DNA from: a candidate division WWE3 bacterium
Lineage (GTDB): Bacteria > Patescibacteriota > WWE3 > UBA101185 > UBA10185
NCBI GenBank assembly: GCA_003599255.1
Contig: QZJF01000006.1
Span: 1,018-65,017 of the forward strand
Direction: 5' to 3'
Length of the DNA: 64,000 bases
Shown: piece by piece, positions 57,248-64,000 of the stretch
How the letters are laid out: every line of letters begins with the position of its first letter
Position numbering within the stretch: position 1 is the first letter of the stretch
Notes under the pieces: generated by a model
What the model was told of the DNA's origin: nothing
The model's input: only the letters and a program-made list of their open reading frames with translations
Databases searched by the model: none
Position numbers and translations under genes: made by a program

Positions 57248-58990
57248 CTATAAACTAATGTTAGCGCTGTCATTACTATAAATCTTTCGTATAGTGTCCT
57301 CTAAAGGATGTTTTGACTTGTTTTGTTCATAATGATCCGCAATTTTAAGAGCGTATTCGGGTTTTCCACAGTTGAAGATTTCAATGAAGGCCTTGCTTGT
57401 CTTATTTGGGTGCTTAGCTTTTAATGATTTTATGGTTGCTACAGATACTCCGGATATAATCTCAATGTCTTTATCATCAAATACATCCTCTATCTCACCC
57501 TTAGTATTCACTATAATACTATTGTTTCTTAAATCATTTACTAATTTAGGGATGTCATTTTTTTGATAAGTAATACCCAAAAATGAACACAAGGATTTTA
57601 GTTTTCCTTCTTTGTGAGGTGATTCAACCAAATCCTTATCAGTTATAGCAATATAAGGTATGTCAAAACCTTTCGCAATTTCAATATAATTCATTATGCT
57701 GTCAACTGAGTCCATAGCAATTACACCCACATTTTTTCTGTCTAGGTTACAATTGCGTAAAGAAGAATCACTCTCAGAAGAATAGGTTATTTTATCAAGG
57801 TTATTTAATAAAATCTTTTCAGTAGCTCCCTCAACAAGTACTATACGATCGCTAAAGAAAATATCAGCATTACCGGGATGTATAAATCTTTTATAATGCG
57901 TGCTAGAAAAAGATGAATTCTGCTTGATAACAGTTTTTCCATCCTCTTTACATATACGAACGATCTCGTTTGGTTCAAAGTTTGCAGTTAAAGCTACAGA
58001 ATGCGTTGAGAATATAACCTGTATGTTGTCCTTACTCGAGACATTCTTTATTAGTGATCCTAGATACCGTATTCCATGAGGATGGATAAAGGCTTCGGGC
58101 TCTTCAATACAGAAAATCCTAGCTGTGCAGTTTTTGGATTTCAATGCTAACTCCAAAATACCTAAAATCACTGCATTTTGCGTACCCGTACCCACATGTT
58201 CAATATCAAATTCCTTACTGCCCTCTCTTACAAAAATTATTAAGTTTCTAAGTAATTCAGATGGATTGTTTGATTTAGTAAGTCTAAAGGAAATATCATC
58301 TACATAAGATACAATTTTTGATTGTTCTACTAATTTTGTTTTTTCCGTATCAAATACAATTTGTATTTTATTATTTATGCTTTCTAAGTCCCTTTTTATT
58401 TCCGCGTATGATGGGGAGCTTTCAAGCACCTCTTTCATTAACTGCCCGTAAGGAGTCCAACTTGTTGCTGAAAGTATATCTTGGCTATCTCTGACTGCGG
58501 GAATAAGAAGTAGCTTTATCAAAATCTTTCTGGTTTCCTCTTTCTTTCTAAAAACATTAAACCCCCATAGATTTATATCAAATGTATCTTGAGTTTCCTC
58601 ACTTGTTGCCTCTTCATTGTCAAGCCCAAAGTTTTTTCGTAATAATAGGGTTACCTTAGCAGACCCGTTTGGAATAGAGGCATTTAGAGCCCCTTGCTGA
58701 GCCTTGGTAATTGAGGGTAAGTTAAATAATAAAGATTTATCTGTTTGTTTAATATCCCCCAATGTTACTTGTATTTCTATTGGTTTAGATATATCCCAAT
58801 AATCGTCCTCTGAGAATTTGGCATAGTTGGGTACTTTATCTCCAAGCACAATGTTTAGGGCATTAAATAAGTTACTTTTGCCTGAATTATTTTTTCCTAC
58901 TAGAGCTGTGTGATTGGTAGTAAAAGTTACAGTCTGCCCTTGATCATCAAAACTTCTATAATTCTTAATAGTTAATTCTGTTAATCTCAT
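57248..58990 (-). CDS. OLD-family ATP-dependent nuclease (ABC ATPase + TOPRIM)
   Basis: LVGKNNSGKS Walker A, GTGTQ signature, IEEPEAFIHP, STHS, then TOPRIM VLVEGATE, ITDKD and GEIED. Confidence 0.9.
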   Translation of the reverse strand: MRLTELTIKNYRSFDDQGQTVTFTTNHTALVGKNNSGKSNLFNALNIVLGDKVPNYAKFSEDDYWDISKPIEIQVTLGDIKQTDKSLLFNLPSITKAQQGALNASIPNGSAKVTLLLRKNFGLDNEEATSEETQDTFDINLWGFNVFRKKEETRKILIKLLLIPAVRDSQDILSATSWTPYGQLMKEVLESSPSYAEIKRDLESINNKIQIVFDTEKTKLVEQSKIVSYVDDISFRLTKSNNPSELLRNLIIFVREGSKEFDIEHVGTGTQNAVILGILELALKSKNCTARIFCIEEPEAFIHPHGIRYLGSLIKNVSSKDNIQVIFSTHSVALTANFEPNEIVRICKEDGKTVIKQNSSFSSTHYKRFIHPGNADIFFSDRIVLVEGATEKILLNNLDKITYSSESDSSLRNCNLDRKNVGVIAMDSVDSIMNYIEIAKGFDIPYIAITDKDLVESPHKEGKLKSLCSFLGITYQKNDIPKLVNDLRNNSIIVNTKGEIEDVFDDKDIEIISGVSVATIKSLKAKHPNKTSKAFIEIFNCGKPEYALKIADHYEQNKSKHPLEDTIRKIYSNDSANISL

Positions 58991-59002
58991 AAATATATAG
59001 TG

Positions 59003-61318
59003 TTAAACCGAATACAAAACTTTCTGAAAACCCAAGAAAGTATCCCTGATTCTATCAACACCACCTAAAAGACTCACAGCATCAGCAATAGCTTGGTATT
59101 TTAGATTTAGCAATACCGGTAGTTTTTCCTCATCAAGTTCCTCATAACCATTTTCTACATATTTAGACAATACAAATTCAAGAAACTCTTTTTGGTTGAT
59201 ATCTAATCCTAGGAATGCAGTAGATTTACTTGCGTTAGCCCTCTCAAGCCTCTCTAAGGGAGTTATTTCAAAGGATACATATGAAAGAACATCAAATAAA
59301 TCGCTGTTCTCTGCGTTAACAAGTTTTTGTAACGATGTTAACTCGTCTACTCCATAACCGTTGTCTGCTAACTTATCAAGAAAAGCTTTTCTTGTTGTTG
59401 GAACAGACCAAATGCGTCTTAGCTCCTCCTCACTTTTGAAAAATTCAGGCAACTGTCCGTAGATGCTTTGTATGAATTCCTCTGCTGACATTGGTTTACC
59501 ATCTGCGCTCCAAAAGGATGTAGAAACCATGTGCTGTATTTGTCTTTCTTTACCATCTTTGAGCTTAATTCTTATCATTTTTCTAGGCTCTTTAGTTTCA
59601 GTTTCCTCAGGATTTTCATAGTCAACGGTAGTTGTTTCTTTTACCTTTTCAGGTTTTATCGCAGGTGGGTTATATTCATCAATAGGTTCCCCGTCCCATT
59701 CCGGATCTGAAAAAAGTCTGTATGCATCTACAAAATCAACTATGGTAAAGTACTCTTTTCCCTCAAAAAGTCTCGTCCCACGCCCTACAATCTGCTTAAA
59801 CTCAATCATAGAATTGATAGGTCTCATAAGTACAATATTTCGGATATTTCTGGCATCTACTCCGGTAGATAATTTTTGGGATGTAGTAAGGATAGTAGGT
59901 ATGGTTTTTTCGTTATCTTGAAACTCCCTCAGATACTGCTCACCACGTAACCCATCGTTTGCTGTAACACGCACACAATAGTTTGGATCAGAACTATCTT
60001 TTAGCTGGTTGATCAAATCTCTAACCAACAATGCGTGTGCTTGTGAGGCACAAAACACGATAGCCTTTTCTTTTTGTTCAATCTCTTCAAGCAAGACGTT
60101 AACCCTTTTCTTTTCTCGTTCAACTATTTCAATACTTCTGTTGAATTCCGGTTCTGTATAAACCTTGCCTTGTTCCACTTCTCCCTCAACAACCTCATCG
60201 TCAGATGTGTATACATAATCATCTAGGGTAGTTTTTACTCTTTTTACTTTGAAAGGTGTCAAAAACCCATCGTGAATACCTTCCTTTAGTGAGTACGTAT
60301 AAATTGGATCCCCAAAATACCTGTAAGTATCAACATTATCTTTTCTTTTTGGTGTTGCAGTTAAACCTAACTGAACAGCAGGTGAAAAATAATCCATAAT
60401 TCCTCTCCAATTACTTTCGTCATTCGCACCTCCTCTATGGCACTCGTCAATGATAATGAAATCAAAAAAATCATTTGGATAATCGCCATAATAAGGTGTG
60501 TTGTTTGGACCACTCATAAATGTTTGGAAAATTGTAAAAAACACACTTCCGTTAGTAGGAACGTTACCTTTCTTTCTGATATCTAACGGGCTGATACGTA
60601 TCAAGGCATCCTCCGGAAATGCAGAAAAGGCGTTGAATGCCTGATCAGCTAAAATGTTCCTATCTGCAAGAAATAGGATTCTTGGTTGCCTCGCACCATC
60701 TCTATTTAAGTTCCATTTACTTTTAAAAAGCTTCCAAGCAATCTGAAAGGCGATAAAGGTTTTGCCTGTTCCGGTGGCTAAGGTAAGGAGTATCCTTTGC
60801 TTATTCTCCGCTATTGCGTCCGTCGCTTTATTCACAGCGATTTCTTGATAGTAACGTGCACCCATCGCACCGTTTATAGTTTCAAATGGGATGTTGTTAA
60901 ATTTCTCTTTCCATTCATTCTGATCTGAAAAAGTCTTGTTCCAAAGTTCATCCGGGGTAGGATATTTATCAACATATTCCTCCTTTCCGGTTTTCATATT
61001 TATTTGGTAAATCTTCTGACCGTTGGTTGAGTAAGTGTAATCAATGACAAGCTTTTGGGCATATTCTTTAGCTTGGGTAACACCTTCGGTTGCCGTTAAA
61101 TCAAATTGTTTCGCTTCTATTACAGCAAGTTTTCTAGTTTTATAAACTAATATGTAATCTGCAATTTCCGGTTTGGCTCTAGTGCCTCCTACTTGAATTC
61201 TTCCCTCAGTAAATCTATGCTCTCTTAATATTTTTGTATCCTCAACGATTCCCCATCCACTTTCAGTAAGTTTTGGATCTATATATTCTGCTCTTGTTTC
61301 TGATTCATTAAAGGGCAT
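59003..61318 (-). CDS. hsdR: Type I restriction endonuclease R subunit (EcoAI/EcoEI-like)
   Basis: ADYIL...IEAK nuclease motif, ATGTGKT, DECHRG, LTATP, TGVDA, QIVGRGTR, EcoEI-R-like C-terminus. Confidence 0.95.
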   Translation of the reverse strand: MPFNESETRAEYIDPKLTESGWGIVEDTKILREHRFTEGRIQVGGTRAKPEIADYILVYKTRKLAVIEAKQFDLTATEGVTQAKEYAQKLVIDYTYSTNGQKIYQINMKTGKEEYVDKYPTPDELWNKTFSDQNEWKEKFNNIPFETINGAMGARYYQEIAVNKATDAIAENKQRILLTLATGTGKTFIAFQIAWKLFKSKWNLNRDGARQPRILFLADRNILADQAFNAFSAFPEDALIRISPLDIRKKGNVPTNGSVFFTIFQTFMSGPNNTPYYGDYPNDFFDFIIIDECHRGGANDESNWRGIMDYFSPAVQLGLTATPKRKDNVDTYRYFGDPIYTYSLKEGIHDGFLTPFKVKRVKTTLDDYVYTSDDEVVEGEVEQGKVYTEPEFNRSIEIVEREKKRVNVLLEEIEQKEKAIVFCASQAHALLVRDLINQLKDSSDPNYCVRVTANDGLRGEQYLREFQDNEKTIPTILTTSQKLSTGVDARNIRNIVLMRPINSMIEFKQIVGRGTRLFEGKEYFTIVDFVDAYRLFSDPEWDGEPIDEYNPPAIKPEKVKETTTVDYENPEETETKEPRKMIRIKLKDGKERQIQHMVSTSFWSADGKPMSAEEFIQSIYGQLPEFFKSEEELRRIWSVPTTRKAFLDKLADNGYGVDELTSLQKLVNAENSDLFDVLSYVSFEITPLERLERANASKSTAFLGLDINQKEFLEFVLSKYVENGYEELDEEKLPVLLNLKYQAIADAVSLLGGVDRIRDTFLGFQKVLYSV

Positions 61319-62552
61319 CGCTGTATTTTCCTAAAAGGAAATAATTAAAAATTGAGTTTCTAAGGTCACTTATGGTATTAATCTGTTTTTGGTATATAGA
61401 CCCCACCTCAATAGAGACATTTTGAAATGCTTCAAATTTATCTATTAGTTTATTTTGTAATGTGAGCGGTAAAACCGGGACCTTAATATTCCTAACGTTT
61501 TCTTTAGTAATGGTTTGTGTAGTGGCTCCTTTCAACCTGGTTCTAATCTGAGTGTCTCCCTGCGAGGATAGTAAGTAGTAGTACAAATACTTACTTCTAA
61601 TGGTGTTTTCATCAGTCCTTAGAAGGAACAGATTCATCGCTAATGAACAAGGTTTATCAGTCTTGGGCATATAGTAAACTTTGCCTGCGTTACCAATCTT
61701 ACTCATAATTATCTCATTACCAAAAAGTCTACTTTTTTTAAGGAATTCGTAGCTACTTTGATTTATATACCTTAGATCATTTTCAAAATTATTTTCAAAA
61801 TCAGTACTTCTAACCATCCAAGCGTAATCTACCTTCTTAGATAATGATACGTGATCCTTAAGAGTTTTATAACTTCCGTTTGCGTGATAATCACTCAAAT
61901 CGGTTAGTAACTTACCCAAATCTGTCTCTCTTGATACTTTTTGATTTAGTAAAAAGAACTTATCAATGTACGATTGTAAAAATATTTTGCTATCGGTAAA
62001 ACTTTTACTATAATTATTTTTTGCCAAAATTAAATCGTTTTGGATTTTATCAAGTTTTTGAATTATTTCCATTTGAATGCTGATTTGAGGATAAGATATT
62101 GGAAAGTTAAGAATAGCGTCAACCTTTATTGATGTAATACCGGTTGCTCCTCTAGTATTCTCTTTTATTTTATTTTGTATAAATTCAGTCTGGAAATAGT
62201 AGTATATATACTTGTTCAGTACCTCTGTTTCATCGCTTCTAATGATGAGAACAAACGAATCAGGAATTGCGTTAAGATTACTTGTTGGTGGTTCAAATAC
62301 ACCGGAGCGACCCAATGTTCCCACCCCACCACAGTTGAATAAAATATCACCCGGCTTTAAGTATTTATCATTTATATTTAATCGTTTTGCATAAAATAAT
62401 TTGGTTTTTTCATAATTTACCCCTGTAGGAAAAACAGCTCCAGACGGTATAAGCACCGTATCTCCATTTTCACCTTTGATCTTTGGACTAATGCCCTTGA
62501 AAAAAATGATATTTATATCCTTTAATTTTTTTATGTTCCAATTACTTTTCAT
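61308..62552 (-). CDS. hsdS: Type I restriction-modification specificity subunit
   Basis: Two TRD + conserved helix repeats (ISYPQISIQMEII and VPVLPLTLQNKLI), located between hsdM and hsdR. Confidence 0.9.
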   Translation of the reverse strand: MKSNWNIKKLKDINIIFFKGISPKIKGENGDTVLIPSGAVFPTGVNYEKTKLFYAKRLNINDKYLKPGDILFNCGGVGTLGRSGVFEPPTSNLNAIPDSFVLIIRSDETEVLNKYIYYYFQTEFIQNKIKENTRGATGITSIKVDAILNFPISYPQISIQMEIIQKLDKIQNDLILAKNNYSKSFTDSKIFLQSYIDKFFLLNQKVSRETDLGKLLTDLSDYHANGSYKTLKDHVSLSKKVDYAWMVRSTDFENNFENDLRYINQSSYEFLKKSRLFGNEIIMSKIGNAGKVYYMPKTDKPCSLAMNLFLLRTDENTIRSKYLYYYLLSSQGDTQIRTRLKGATTQTITKENVRNIKVPVLPLTLQNKLIDKFEAFQNVSIEVGSIYQKQINTISDLRNSIFNYFLLGKYSDAL

Positions 62553-64000
62553 TTAATTTTTCAAGAATATTCTCCAAAATAAGGCGACTTTTCTCATCAA
62601 GTTTTTTCATCTCTAAAACAATATCTTTTGGATCTTTAAAGTCGTGGGATTTGTATTTATTTGGGTTGTTTACTGATAGATCATAGGTTTCTTTGTCAAT
62701 ATCACTAATATTTACTGACCAAGAGTTAGCAGAATCGGCTTTGATACGTTGTAATTGAATAAATTCTTCCAGATCCTTTTCATTTAAAGAACTAGTTTTA
62801 CCGAGATTCCTGCTTAAATTAAGTTGATAAAACCATATATCTTTTGTTGCTAGACCCTTATCAAAAAACAAGATTACTGTTTTTACACCGGCTCCAGCAA
62901 AAACACCGCCAGGTAAATCAAGTATGGTATGTAAACTACAATTTTCTAGCAGGAGTTTCCTCAATGAAATAGATGCATTATCGCCATTTGAAAGAAAAGT
63001 ATTTTTAATCACTATTCCTGCCCTACCCCCGGCTTTAAGTATCTTAATAAAGTGCTGTAAAAAGAGATACGCTGTTTCTCCGGTCTTTATTGGAAAGTTT
63101 TGTTGAATCTCCTTTCGTATACCCGCTCCAAATGGCGGATTGGTGAGCACTATATCGTAGCGATCCTTTTCCTGAATGTCTGATATGTTTTGGGCAAGAG
63201 TATTTGTGTGAATAATATTAGGAGCTTCTATACCGTGTAGGATCATATTCATAATACCGATAATATAAGCGAGAGATTTAATTTCCTTTCCATAAAACGT
63301 TTTCTTTTGAAGTATTTTCCACTCTTTTGGTGAAAGTTTCTCTTTATCCTTTGTCAGGTAATTAAATGATTCAACCAAGAATCCAGCAGAACCTAAGGCA
63401 CCATCATAGATAGTTTGACCCAGCTTGGGATCCACAACCTTTACAATCGTTCGGATAAGAGGTCTTGGTGTGTAGTACTCGCCACCGTTCCTTCCGGCAT
63501 TACCCATATTTTGTAATTTACTTTCATAAAGGTGGGATAGTTCGTGTTTTTCTGCATCAGTTCTGAATTCCAAAGAATCAATGGTATCTAGTATGTTCCT
63601 AAGGGTATATCCGGTTTGGATTTTATTTTTAAGCTCACTAAATATTTCCCCGATCTTATATTCAATGGTATCCGGGCCTTCAGCCGAGTATTTGAACTTT
63701 TTAAGATAAGGAAATAACTCAGAGTCAACAAAGTTTTTCAGATCATCCCCCGACAGAGCTTTTTTGTAGTCTAATTTTCCATCCTGAGTTTTAGGGCAAG
63801 CCCAAGTATCCCATCTATATTTTGGGTCAAGGATATAAGTGTATGTTCTGTTAGCTAGTTTGGCTTCTGTATCTTTGTCTTTTTCAAGATCGTTTAGATA
63901 TTTAAGGAAGAGGATCCAAGATGTCTGTTCAATGTAGTCTAATTCGGTTGCTGACCCGGCATCTCGGTGTAAAGCATCGTCAATATTTTTAAGAGCTTGT
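62542..64000 (-). CDS. hsdM: Type I R-M N6-adenine methyltransferase M subunit (start just beyond the window end)
   Basis: The frame is open from the window end (QALKNIDDALHRDAG...YIEQTSWILFLKYL). GEYYTPR, YDGALGSAGFL, NPPF. Confidence 0.95.
   Translation of the reverse strand, partial: QALKNIDDALHRDAGSATELDYIEQTSWILFLKYLNDLEKDKDTEAKLANRTYTYILDPKYRWDTWACPKTQDGKLDYKKALSGDDLKNFVDSELFPYLKKFKYSAEGPDTIEYKIGEIFSELKNKIQTGYTLRNILDTIDSLEFRTDAEKHELSHLYESKLQNMGNAGRNGGEYYTPRPLIRTIVKVVDPKLGQTIYDGALGSAGFLVESFNYLTKDKEKLSPKEWKILQKKTFYGKEIKSLAYIIGIMNMILHGIEAPNIIHTNTLAQNISDIQEKDRYDIVLTNPPFGAGIRKEIQQNFPIKTGETAYLFLQHFIKILKAGGRAGIVIKNTFLSNGDNASISLRKLLLENCSLHTILDLPGGVFAGAGVKTVILFFDKGLATKDIWFYQLNLSRNLGKTSSLNEKDLEEFIQLQRIKADSANSWSVNISDIDKETYDLSVNNPNKYKSHDFKDPKDIVLEMKKLDEKSRLILENILEKLNEK

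Noticed and set aside
57248-58990. Gabija (GajA) or retron-associated OLD
   Set aside because: There is no adjacent UvrD-like GajB or reverse transcriptase. The neighbouring helicase is a typical HsdR.
1-64000. Alternative genetic code (UGA=Gly, as in Gracilibacteria/Absconditabacteria)
   Set aside because: Conserved genes are full length under code 11, and TGA ends elp3 at the expected C-terminus.

Overview
This window is AT-rich, densely coding bacterial chromosome using genetic code 11. Its gene content suggests a CPR/Patescibacteria lineage such as WWE3 or Microgenomates (inference): many GT-C membrane glycosyltransferases, Elp3, a LepB-CAP fusion and no biosynthetic operons. It contains housekeeping and redox genes (trxB, sodA, DsbB-family, metG, cyclophilin), two signalling modules and many membrane or secreted proteins. 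The right end holds a type I R-M operon (hsdM-hsdS-hsdR) directly followed by an OLD-family ATPase-TOPRIM nuclease. I recognised no tRNA, rRNA, CRISPR array, integrase or transposase. The main observations are: (1) an Elp3 gene head-to-head with a Trm9/ALKBH8-like methyltransferase, a candidate bacterial two-step mcm5U34 pathway; (2) a GC-richer TPM/LemA operon in which two membrane proteins end in an identical 14-aa Arg/Gly tail encoded mostly by different codons; (3) the OLD nuclease coupled to the type I R-M operon; (4) pervasive leaderless promoter architecture, contrasting with a set of self-contained SD-led cassettes; (5) a leader-peptide/terminator attenuator-like element. All family assignments come from motif recognition by eye, not database searches.
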